Translations under genes and position numbers: made by a program
Source: Eubacteriales bacterium
GTDB taxonomy: Bacteria; Bacillota; Clostridia; Oscillospirales; CAG-272
Assembly: GCA_045580065.1 (NCBI GenBank)
Contig: JAZNNA010000011.1
Location: 1-47,191, forward strand
Direction of reading: 5' to 3'
DNA: 47,191 nt
Notes under the pieces: model-generated
The model's database searches: none
The model's input: only the letters and a program-made list of their open reading frames with translations
What the model was told of the DNA's origin: nothing
Shown here: piece after piece, positions 15,321 to 23,151 of the stretch
Numbering within the stretch: position 1 is the first letter of the stretch
Layout: each line of letters begins with the position of its first letter

Positions 15321-17966
15321 ATGAAATGGACTTCTCTTAACGAGCTGCGCGAAAAATATCTTGCATTTTTTGAAAGCAAGGGACATTTGCGCCTCCCCTC
15401 TTATCCGCTTGTTCCCATCAACGACAAATCTCTGCTTCTGATCAACTCCGGTATGGCACCCATGAAAAAGTTCTTTACCGGTGAGGAAGAGCCGCCCCGC
15501 AACCGCGTGACCACCTGCCAGAAGTGCATCCGTACCCCCGACCTTGAGCGCGTGGGTCACACCGCTCGCCACGGCACGTTTTTTGAGATGCTGGGCAACT
15601 TCTCCTTTGGAGATTACTTCAAAAACGAGGCCATTCCGTGGGCTTGGGAGTTTCTGACCAAAACGCTTGAGATCCCCGGCGAGCTGCTCTGGCCCTCTGT
15701 TTACGAGCAGGATGACGAGGCCTTTGAGCTTTGGAATAAAGTGATCGGCGTTCCCGCCGAGCGCATCACCAAGCTTGGCAAGGCCGATAACTTCTGGGAG
15801 CATGGCACCGGCCCCTGCGGCCCCTGCTCCGAGATCTATTTTGACCGCGGCATCAAATACGGCTGCGGCTCGCCTGACTGCCGCCCCGGCTGCGATTGCG
15901 ACCGTTTTATGGAGATCTGGAACAACGTGTTCTCCCAGTTCAACAACGACGGCAACGGCAATTACACCGAGCTTGCACAAAAAAATATCGACACCGGCAT
16001 GGGCCTGGAGCGTCTTGCGTGCGTGATGCAGGGCGTGGACAATATGTTTGAGGTGGACAGCATCCGCAAGATCCTGGATACCGTTTGCCAGATCGCGGGC
16101 AAGACCTACGGTGCTGACAAAAACAACGATATCTCTATCCGTGTTTGCACCGACCATATCAAGAGCTCGATGTTTATGATCGCCGACGGCGTTATTCCCT
16201 CTAACGAGGGCCGCGGCTACGTTCTGCGCCGCATCATCCGCCGCGCCTGCCGCCACGGTAAGCTGCTTGGCATCGATCACCCCTTCCTTTCCGAGCTTTG
16301 CGTGGTCGCCATCGGCGAGAATAAGGATGCTTACCCCGAGCTTGCCGAAAAGCAGGATTACATCCTGAAGGTGATCTCGATGGAGGAGGAGCGCTTCGCC
16401 GCCACCATCGACGCCGGCCTTTCTATCCTTTCCGGCATTATTGAAGAAACCAAGTCCGCAGGCAAGACCACCGTTGCAGGCGAGGACGTATTCAAGCTTT
16501 ACGACACCTTTGGCTTCCCGCTTGATCTGACCAAGGAGATCGTTGCGGAAAACGGCCTTGAGATCGACGAGGATACCTTCAAGACCCTGATGACCGAGCA
16601 GCGTGAGCGTGCCCGCGCCGCACGCGGCAATATCAGCGGCTGGGACAACGCCACAAAGAACCTGCTTGGCGAGCTGCCTCAGACCTCCTTCCGCGGCTAC
16701 GACAGCTTCCGCTCCGATGCAGCTACCGTGCTTGCCATCATCGTTGAAAACGAGGACGGCGCCCAAAGCGTTGACGAGATCAGCGAGGGCGACTGCACCG
16801 TGATCCTGGATAAGACCGTATTCTACGGCGAGGGTGGCGGTCAGGTCGGCGACCGCGGTACCATCTCGGCAGATGACGTTTTGCTGAACGTGCGCGACAC
16901 CAAAAAGACTGACGGCATTTATCTGCACCTTTGCACCGTTGCCGGCGGCGTGCTGCACGTAGGCGACAAAATTTGCGCTCGCATCGACGAGGATTACCGC
17001 AACACCATCGCCCGCAACCACTCTGTTGCTCACCTTTTGCAGGCAGCGCTGCGCCGCGTGCTTGGCAATCACGTAGAGCAGGCAGGCTCTCTTGTTGACG
17101 GCGACAAATGCCGCTTTGACTTTACCCATTTTGCTGCCCTTACCAAGGAGGAGATCGAAAAGATCGAGGCCCTGGTCAACGAGCAGATCTTCGCGGGCCT
17201 TCCCATCACGATGACGGAAATGCCGCTTGACGAGGCTAAGAAGCTTGGCGCTATGGCTCTGTTTGGCGAAAAGTACGGCAAGACCGTACGCGTGGTGCGC
17301 ATGGGCAACTTCTCCACCGAGCTTTGTGGTGGTACCCACATTGACAACACCGCGCGCATCGGTCTGTTTAAGATCACCTCCGAAACCTCGGTTGCTGCAG
17401 GCGTTCGCCGCATCGAGGCTTGCACCGGCACCGGCGTTCTGAAGCTGCTTGAGGCTAAGGATCGCCTGCTTGGCGATACCGCCACCGCCCTCAAGGCACA
17501 AAACGTGGCTGACCTCACCAAGCGCGCCGTGGCTCTGCAGGAGGAGCTGAAGGCCGCTCACCGCGAGCTGGATGCCCTGAATGCAAAGCTGGCCGGCTCC
17601 AAAAAGCAGGATCTGCTTGGCAATGCCAAGGCGGTTGGCGCCATCAAGCTGGCGGTTGCCCGCTTTGACGGCATGCAGCAGGACGTTGCAAGAAGCCTTG
17701 CTGACGAGGTAAAGGCAGAATGTGCCGATACCGTTGCCGTAATCGCCACGGTAAACGGTGCCGACGTTAAATTCCTTGCCGTTGCAGATAAGGATGCCGT
17801 TGCAGCCGGCGCTCATGCAGGCAAGCTGGTAGGCGCGGTTGCAGCCGTGACCGGCGGCAAGGGCGGCGGACGTCCCGACAACGCTATGGCCGGTGGCCGC
17901 GAGGCTGCCAAGGTTGACGAGGCTTTGGCAAGCGCTGCTGATGCACTGGCAGCTCAACTGAAATAA
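15321..17966 (+). CDS. alaS: Alanine--tRNA ligase
   Basis: ORF 15075..17966. The real start is ATG 15321 (MKWTSLNELREKYLAFFESKGHLRLPSYPLVP), giving 881 aa. It has class II AlaRS core motifs, the editing-domain HxxxH (HSVAHLL) and CGGTH, and a C-terminal DHHA1-like tail. The 5-prime ORF extension covers the promoter. Confidence 0.95.
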   Translation: MKWTSLNELREKYLAFFESKGHLRLPSYPLVPINDKSLLLINSGMAPMKKFFTGEEEPPRNRVTTCQKCIRTPDLERVGHTARHGTFFEMLGNFSFGDYFKNEAIPWAWEFLTKTLEIPGELLWPSVYEQDDEAFELWNKVIGVPAERITKLGKADNFWEHGTGPCGPCSEIYFDRGIKYGCGSPDCRPGCDCDRFMEIWNNVFSQFNNDGNGNYTELAQKNIDTGMGLERLACVMQGVDNMFEVDSIRKILDTVCQIAGKTYGADKNNDISIRVCTDHIKSSMFMIADGVIPSNEGRGYVLRRIIRRACRHGKLLGIDHPFLSELCVVAIGENKDAYPELAEKQDYILKVISMEEERFAATIDAGLSILSGIIEETKSAGKTTVAGEDVFKLYDTFGFPLDLTKEIVAENGLEIDEDTFKTLMTEQRERARAARGNISGWDNATKNLLGELPQTSFRGYDSFRSDAATVLAIIVENEDGAQSVDEISEGDCTVILDKTVFYGEGGGQVGDRGTISADDVLLNVRDTKKTDGIYLHLCTVAGGVLHVGDKICARIDEDYRNTIARNHSVAHLLQAALRRVLGNHVEQAGSLVDGDKCRFDFTHFAALTKEEIEKIEALVNEQIFAGLPITMTEMPLDEAKKLGAMALFGEKYGKTVRVVRMGNFSTELCGGTHIDNTARIGLFKITSETSVAAGVRRIEACTGTGVLKLLEAKDRLLGDTATALKAQNVADLTKRAVALQEELKAAHRELDALNAKLAGSKKQDLLGNAKAVGAIKLAVARFDGMQQDVARSLADEVKAECADTVAVIATVNGADVKFLAVADKDAVAAGAHAGKLVGAVAAVTGGKGGGRPDNAMAGGREAAKVDEALASAADALAAQLK

Positions 17967-17972
17967 AAGCAA

Positions 17973-18000
17973 GGGGATCGCCGCGGGCGATCCCCTTTTC
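17973..18000 (+). terminator. Rho-independent terminator of alaS
   Basis: GGGGATCGCC (17973-17982), loop gcg, GGCGATCCCC (17986-17995), then TTTT. It begins 7 nt after the alaS stop. Confidence 0.85.
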
Positions 18001-18009
18001 ACTTTCATA

Positions 18010-18410
18010 AAAAAAGCACCCGCAATTAGCGTGTTCTCCTTAACGGAGAACACGCTAAAACTAAGTTTGCCCTTATGGGCAAGTGAAGTTTACTTCGTAA
18101 GTGAAGTTATCCTGCGGATAGTGAAGTTTTGCCTTTGGCAAAGTGGGCAAACTTAACTTCACTGCGAGCCCCTGTGAGCAACTTCACTGTGCGTAGCACA
18201 ACTTCACTTTCGCAGTAGCGAAAACTTCACTAACAGAAAAAGAGCAGACACATAAGGTCTTTTCCCCCTTGCGTGTTTGCTCTTTCTGCTTGTATAAGGG
18301 TTTGGGCTTAGCCCATTTGCATTTGACCAGTCAAATGCGATGCTCGCACTTAACGGTGTTTTCCAAATTCTCCGCTAAGAGCATCACCCATTCTCTGCGG
18401 GTGCTTTTTT
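18010..18410. other. Highly structured ~400-bp noncoding element: candidate large structured RNA, or a MITE-like insertion in a terminator loop
   Basis: The outer 14-nt arms AAAAAAGCACCCGC (18010-18023) and GCGGGTGCTTTTTT (18397-18410) are perfect complements. Inside are a 12-bp hairpin (18028-18039/18045-18056), the repeat ladder at 18082-18231, hairpins at 18241-18251/18273-18283, 18304-18314 and 18319-18338, and a pairing of 18339-18345 with 18379-18385. No ORF of 60 aa or more is present. Confidence 0.5.
18082..18231. repeat. Inverted ladder of 9-nt repeats: 3x AGTGAAGTT followed by 4x AACTTCACT, alternating with mini-hairpins
   Basis: AGTGAAGTT occurs at 18082-18090, 18100-18108 and 18120-18128. 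Its reverse complement AACTTCACT occurs at 18155-18163, 18180-18188, 18200-18208 and 18223-18231. The spacers are self-complementary mini-hairpins of unrelated sequence: 18091-18099, 18109-18119, 18129-18141, 18188-18200 and 18209-18222. Confidence 0.8.
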
Positions 18411-18414
18411 GATA

Positions 18415-19734
18415 TCAATAATTATCGCGCTGAGCCTTGGAGCGGAACAGGTTCATGATGCGATCAAAATCATCGGTGTCGTCCTTTTCTTCTTCAGCGG
18501 TGTTAATGGAAGGTGTGTGTGACACGGGGGCAGGCTCCTGCACGGGAGCGACCGGTGCCGCGGGAGCCACGGGAGCCACGGGAGTTGCGGGAGCCACGGG
18601 AGCCACGGGAGTTGCAGGTGCCACGGGAGCCACGGGAGTTGCAGGTGCCACGGGAGTTGCGGGAGCGACAGGAGCCACGGGTGCTGCCGGTGCTACGGGA
18701 GCTACGGGTGCCATAGGAGCTGCAGGGGCAGTGTGTGCTACGGGCGCGATCTCCTGAATGGGAGCAGGCAGCTCGTCGCTTTGCTCAAAGCCGGTTGCAA
18801 TAATGGTGACGCGCATTTCGTCGTCGAGGTTGTTATCAAAGGCAAGACCCCAGATCACGTTTGCATCGGGATGAGCTTCCTTGGAGATCATAGAGGATGC
18901 AAGATCCACATCCTCAAGTCCCACGTCGGGAGAAGCAGTGATGCTGATCAGAATACCGCGTGCGCCGTGGATAGAGGTTTCAAGCAAGGGGCTGGAGATA
19001 GCAGCGCGCGCTGCAAGCTCAGCCTTGTCGGTGCCGGTGGCACCGCCCACGCCCATGTGCGCATAGCCTGCGTTTTTCATAACAGAGGTCACGTCGGCAA
19101 AGTCAAGGTTAATAAAGCCGGGGACGTTGATCAGCTCAGAAATGCTTTGCACACCGCGACGAAGCACGTCGTCGGCGATCTCAAAGGCATTGCCAAGGGT
19201 AATGCGAGTATCGGACACCTGCTTTAACTTTTCATTGGGAATCACAACAAGAGAGTCTACGTACTGGCGGAGCTCCTTGATACCGCGCTCTGCCTGCTCC
19301 ATACGGCGCTTGCCCTCAAAGCTGAAGGGCTTGGTAACGATACCAATGGTAAGAATGCCCATTTCGCGAGCCACTCGTGCCACAACGGGGGCTGCACCGG
19401 TGCCCGTGCCACCGCCCATGCCGGCGGTAACAAACACCATATCAGCACCTGCAAGTGCGGCCTTGATCTCATCGATCGATTCCTCTGCTGCGCGCTCGCC
19501 CACCTCGGGATTTGCGCCTGCACCAAAGCCGCGGGTGATCTTTTCGCCGATCACCATCTGAGTGGGAGCCTCGGATTTGCGAAGCGCCTGACGGTCGGTA
19601 TTTACGGTAATGAATTCTACGCCGCGGATATTGGCGGCGATCATACGGTTAACGGCATTGTTTCCGCCGCCACCGACACCGATCACTCGGATCGCTACGC
19701 CACTTTCAAAACTATTATCTACTTCAAAGGTCAT
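18415..19734 (-). CDS. ftsZ: Cell division GTPase FtsZ
   Basis: 439 aa. It carries the tubulin signature [13 protein letters not shown], the N-terminal [17 protein letters not shown], a long Pro/Val/Ala linker and a C-terminal [10 protein letters not shown] peptide. Confidence 0.95.
   Translation of the reverse strand: MTFEVDNSFESGVAIRVIGVGGGGNNAVNRMIAANIRGVEFITVNTDRQALRKSEAPTQMVIGEKITRGFGAGANPEVGERAAEESIDEIKAALAGADMVFVTAGMGGGTGTGAAPVVARVAREMGILTIGIVTKPFSFEGKRRMEQAERGIKELRQYVDSLVVIPNEKLKQVSDTRITLGNAFEIADDVLRRGVQSISELINVPGFINLDFADVTSVMKNAGYAHMGVGGATGTDKAELAARAAISSPLLETSIHGARGILISITASPDVGLEDVDLASSMISKEAHPDANVIWGLAFDNNLDDEMRVTIIATGFEQSDELPAPIQEIAPVAHTAPAAPMAPVAPVAPAAPVAPVAPATPVAPATPVAPVAPATPVAPVAPATPVAPVAPAAPVAPVQEPAPVSHTPSINTAEEEKDDTDDFDRIMNLFRSKAQRDNY
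18541..18747 (-). repeat. In-frame tandem repeat encoding the FtsZ C-terminal linker, (A/T)PVAP(V/A) units
   Basis: The DNA consists of iterated GCCACGGGAG / GTTGC(A/G)GG units. They encode [57 protein letters not shown]. Confidence 0.85.
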
Positions 19735-19804
19735 TGTATATCTTCCTCCCTTTTACTGTGTCGCGCAAAAAGCGCGCTATGCTACGTAAAGACTAATCTC
19801 TTAT

Positions 19805-19833
19805 ATTTTAATATAAAACTCCCTTTTTTGCAA
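19805..19833 (-). promoter_or_regulatory. Sigma-A type promoter for ftsZ
   Basis: Minus strand reads TTGCAA (19833-19828), 17-nt spacer, TAAAAT (19810-19805). A GGGAGGAAG RBS precedes the ftsZ ATG. Confidence 0.5.
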
Positions 19834-19873
19834 GACGTTTTTGAAAAATAATTGAAAAAAAGCACAACAAGGG

Positions 19874-19906
19874 TAAAAAAAGCGCCGCAGAGCGACGCTT
19901 TTTTTA
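19874..19906 (-). terminator. Rho-independent terminator after murG
   Basis: On the minus strand: AGCGUCGC-ucu-GCGGCGCU followed by UUUUUUU. The single non-Watson-Crick position is a G-U wobble on the minus strand and a C-A mismatch on the plus strand, which fits the murG orientation. Confidence 0.6.
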
Positions 19907-19907
19907 C

Positions 19908-21008
19908 TTATCGCCCGTAAAGCGACAAAATATCCCTTAATATGCAGGCATTGGCATGCGGATTGTGAAAGCGCGTGATCGCACGCGCCATAAAAGCGCG
20001 CTCACTTCCCTCGCGCAAAAGGCGCTCTGTTGCCACCTCAAGCCCGCCCCCTGCAAGCTCGCACTCGGGCAGACAGATCGCAGCCCCTTTGGATGCCAGC
20101 ATCATGGCGTTTTTGTGCTGGTGATCCCCCGTCACGTTCGGGGATGGGATTAGGATCGCCGCCTTCCCAAGCGCTGCCAGCTCGCTGATGCTCATTGCTC
20201 CCGCACGGCAGATCACAAGATCCGCCGCTGCCATTTCCTGCGGCATATCCGACAAAAACGGAACGACCCTCACGTTGGCTCTGTCCTGCAGACCGCGCCT
20301 GCAAAGCTCTCGGTAAAAGGACTCGTATTCACGCTTTCCCGTGGCGTGCAAATGATAAAGCGTGCTGTCGTTGCGGTGGCTCTCCATCAGCTGTAGCACC
20401 GCACGATTGATCTCGGTCGCCCCAAGGCTCCCCCCAAACGAAAGCAGCATGCGCTTGCATCCGGGCGGCAGAGCTGCCGGCGCGGGAGTGCGATAGCCAC
20501 GCCGCAAGGGATTGCCGACCGCAAGAACCTTGGCAGAGGCCGGAAGATGCTCCCTTGCCTGCTCAAAATTCAGCCAAACACGATCCACGCGCCTTGCAAG
20601 CAAGCAAACGGTAAGGCCCGGAACGGCATTTGACTCGTGCACCGCGCTTGGAATATGCATCTGAACAGCAGCAGACAAAGCCGGATAACAGGCATACCCC
20701 CCTGTGCCGATCACGATATCCGGGCAAAAGCCCCCCAACACGCGCGTCGCTTCTTTTTTTGCCGCCCGTGCTTTTTGCAGCACCGCAAGGTTTTTCAGCC
20801 CCGCGCTGCGCGATAATCCCCTTACGTCAAGCGTCTGGATGCGGTAGCCGGCAGCGGGCACCAGCTCCTCCTCCATTCCCCCCGTTGCCCCGACAAACAA
20901 AATATCGGCGTTGGAAAAATTATCCTTGATAATGTCGGCGATCGCCAATGCAGGCGTAATATGCCCACCCGTACCACCGCAGCTTATGATCACCTTGATC
21001 TTCATCAT
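19908..21008 (-). CDS. murG: UDP-N-acetylglucosamine--N-acetylmuramyl-(pentapeptide) pyrophosphoryl-undecaprenol N-acetylglucosamine transferase
   Basis: 366 aa. It carries the N-terminal GGTGGHITPALAIADII motif and the C-terminal ICRAGAMSISELAALGKAAILIP motif. It sits at the dcw position and has a 4-nt ATGA overlap with ftsW. Confidence 0.9.
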   Translation of the reverse strand: MMKIKVIISCGGTGGHITPALAIADIIKDNFSNADILFVGATGGMEEELVPAAGYRIQTLDVRGLSRSAGLKNLAVLQKARAAKKEATRVLGGFCPDIVIGTGGYACYPALSAAVQMHIPSAVHESNAVPGLTVCLLARRVDRVWLNFEQAREHLPASAKVLAVGNPLRRGYRTPAPAALPPGCKRMLLSFGGSLGATEINRAVLQLMESHRNDSTLYHLHATGKREYESFYRELCRRGLQDRANVRVVPFLSDMPQEMAAADLVICRAGAMSISELAALGKAAILIPSPNVTGDHQHKNAMMLASKGAAICLPECELAGGGLEVATERLLREGSERAFMARAITRFHNPHANACILRDILSLYGR

Positions 21009-22174
21009 CGCTTGTGTGTGCTGTAGCGAGAGATCGACAGCAGTATCCCCATTTCAAAAATCTGCATAGCAAGAAAGGTTCCTTTTGAGCTGAAAAACGG
21101 CAGCGACACCCCCGTGTTCGGCATAGAATTTGTCACGACAGCAAGGTTCAGTATTGCTTGCAAAGCAAGCTTGACAGAAAGGCCGTAGGCCACCAGCGCA
21201 GAGAAATGATCAGGCGCACCTGCGGCGATCCGAAAGCCTCGCAGCACCACGGCTGCAAACAAAAGCACCACGCACAAGGCACCAAAAAAGCCAAGCTCCT
21301 CACAAATAACAGTAAAAATAAAGTCGTTTTGCGGCTGCGACACGTATCCGTGCTTTTGCCTGCCGTTTCCAAGCCCTACGCCAAATATCCCCCCTGAGCC
21401 GATCGCATAAAGGCCCTGCAGGGTCTGCCATGCGGAGCCGAGGGGGTCTACCTCCTCGATATGTATCCACGTATCCACGCGAAGCTGTGCGTATGAGGAA
21501 ACCAGCACCAAAAGACAGCCGGCAACGGCAACACCCCCTGCCATCAGGGCAAGATAGCGCAGGCGCGTACCGCCAAGAAACATCATAAACACCCCAAGCA
21601 TCCCGATGATCAAGAGCCCGGAAATATGCTTTTCGGCTGCCACCAAAACACCGATCAGCGCGATCAGGCCGCCCGGCAGCAATATACCGTAGCGTATGCT
21701 TCCCCCTTTGTGCCTTTTGGAAAGCACCTCGCGCCGATGCTTGCTCATCACAAGCGCCAGCATCATCACAAGCGCAGGCTTTGCCACCTCGGAGGGCTGG
21801 ATCGTAAGCGGCCCCAGCACCAGCCAGCGCTGCGCGCCGCCCCCTACTGTGCCGATCAAAAGCACCAGGATCAGCAGCAAGACAGAAATTGCGTAAAGCG
21901 CCACCGCAAAGGCACGCCAGAACGCCGGCCTTACCAATATGACAAAGGGGGTGGTCAGGGCAATTGAAGCGAGTGCAAAAAGCAGATACCGTTTGAAAAA
22001 GTACGCGCTGTCGCCATAAAATTCCTTGGCATATACCGCACTGGCGCTAAAGGACATCACAGCGCCAAACGAGAGCAATAAAAGCAAAAACAACAAAAGC
22101 AAAACGTCAATGCCATAGCGCCCTTTCGCCGCCCTTCGCGGGTGAGCCAGCAGCTGATCGACTATTTCTCGCAT
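21005..22174 (-). CDS. ftsW: FtsW/SpoVE (SEDS family) peptidoglycan glycosyltransferase
   Basis: ORF 21005..22225. The preferred start is ATG 22174 (MREIVDQLL...) behind a GGAGGTGAG RBS, 2 nt after the mraY stop. It is a polytopic membrane protein with the SEDS motifs GGAQRWL, PSEVAKPAL and NTGVSLPFFS. Confidence 0.85.
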   Translation of the reverse strand: MREIVDQLLAHPRRAAKGRYGIDVLLLLFLLLLLSFGAVMSFSASAVYAKEFYGDSAYFFKRYLLFALASIALTTPFVILVRPAFWRAFAVALYAISVLLLILVLLIGTVGGGAQRWLVLGPLTIQPSEVAKPALVMMLALVMSKHRREVLSKRHKGGSIRYGILLPGGLIALIGVLVAAEKHISGLLIIGMLGVFMMFLGGTRLRYLALMAGGVAVAGCLLVLVSSYAQLRVDTWIHIEEVDPLGSAWQTLQGLYAIGSGGIFGVGLGNGRQKHGYVSQPQNDFIFTVICEELGFFGALCVVLLFAAVVLRGFRIAAGAPDHFSALVAYGLSVKLALQAILNLAVVTNSMPNTGVSLPFFSSKGTFLAMQIFEMGILLSISRYSTHKR

Positions 22175-22176
22175 AC

Positions 22177-23151
22177 TCACCTCCCGACAAGAGCGAAAGC
22201 TGCAAAGCACACCCCCGCTGCGCAAAACACGGCAACCACGCGCTCCTCGCTCCAGCCAAGCCTTTCAAAATGATGGTGCAGCGGTGCCATACGGAAAAGA
22301 CGCTTTCCTTTACTCAGCTTAAAATAGATCACCTGCAAGGCAACAGAAGCCGCCTCCACCACAAAAACACCGCAGGCAAGCAGCACGAGAATCGGCGAGG
22401 GGGAAAGCAAGCCGTACCCTGCAACCACGCCGCCCAGAAAGAGCGAACCGGTGTCCCCCATAAACACCTTGGCGGGGTGGGCGTTAAAGCACAAAAATCC
22501 AACCGTGCCGCCAAGCAAGGCTGCCCCCAACAACAGTGCTTCGTTACCCCATGCAGCAACCCCAAGCAGCACAAAAAGTGCCGCGATCACGCCCACAAGC
22601 GAGGAAAGCAGCCCATCAACGCCGTCTGTCAGGTTTAGCGCGTTGACAAGCCCCGTGAGATAAAGCAACGCAAAGGGATAATAAAATATACCAAGCGAAA
22701 CTCTCAGATCGCAAAATGGAAGCAAAAGCTCCTTTTCAAGCCCCCAAAGCAGCTCTGCGGCAAACAAAAAAGCCACGCTTACTGCCAACTGCAGCGCATA
22801 CTTTTGTGCGGCGCTAAGACCCTTATTTTGCCGTTGGCGCAGCTTACAAAGATCATCGACCACGCCGACAAGACCGCAGCAAAGTGCAAAAAGCAAAATA
22901 AGCAGTGGCTTTTGCAGATCGCTGCTGCCGCGACGCCTTGCATAAAGATAAAGCAATAGCACCGTCAGCAGCATAGCTGCGATAAATCCAATGCCACCCA
23001 TTGTGGGTGTGCCACTTTTTGAGAGATGCCAGGAAGGCCCGATCTCAAGTATCGGCTGCCCGGCGCGCTTTGCACGCAAAAACGGGACAAGCCGCCATTC
23101 GATAAGAATCGTTATCAAAAAGCTGAGCAAAAACCCCGCACACGCCGACAT
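22177..23151 (-). CDS. mraY: Phospho-N-acetylmuramoyl-pentapeptide transferase
   Basis: ORF 22177..23202. The preferred start is ATG 23151 (MSACAGFLLSF...), which overlaps the murF stop as TGATG. It has PTMGG, NLTDGVDGL and VFMGDTGSLFLGG motifs and the C-terminal PLHHHFE. Confidence 0.9.
   Translation of the reverse strand: MSACAGFLLSFLITILIEWRLVPFLRAKRAGQPILEIGPSWHLSKSGTPTMGGIGFIAAMLLTVLLLYLYARRRGSSDLQKPLLILLFALCCGLVGVVDDLCKLRQRQNKGLSAAQKYALQLAVSVAFLFAAELLWGLEKELLLPFCDLRVSLGIFYYPFALLYLTGLVNALNLTDGVDGLLSSLVGVIAALFVLLGVAAWGNEALLLGAALLGGTVGFLCFNAHPAKVFMGDTGSLFLGGVVAGYGLLSPSPILVLLACGVFVVEAASVALQVIYFKLSKGKRLFRMAPLHHHFERLGWSEERVVAVFCAAGVCFAAFALVGR

Noticed and set aside
15312-18053. 913-aa minus-strand ORF covering all of alaS.
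   Set aside because: It is antisense to an unambiguous alanyl-tRNA synthetase, and its translation is a featureless Ala/Gly/Val-rich sequence. It is a shadow ORF.
18082-18231. Possible CRISPR array, given the regularly spaced short repeats.
   Set aside because: The repeats are only 9 nt long, the spacers are only 9-17 nt, and the orientation flips midway. No cas genes are present. It is reported instead as an unusual structured repeat.
18541-18747. Tandem DNA repeat that could be read as a noncoding minisatellite or CRISPR-like array.
   Set aside because: It lies in frame inside ftsZ and encodes the Pro/Val/Ala linker between the GTPase core and the conserved C-terminal peptide.
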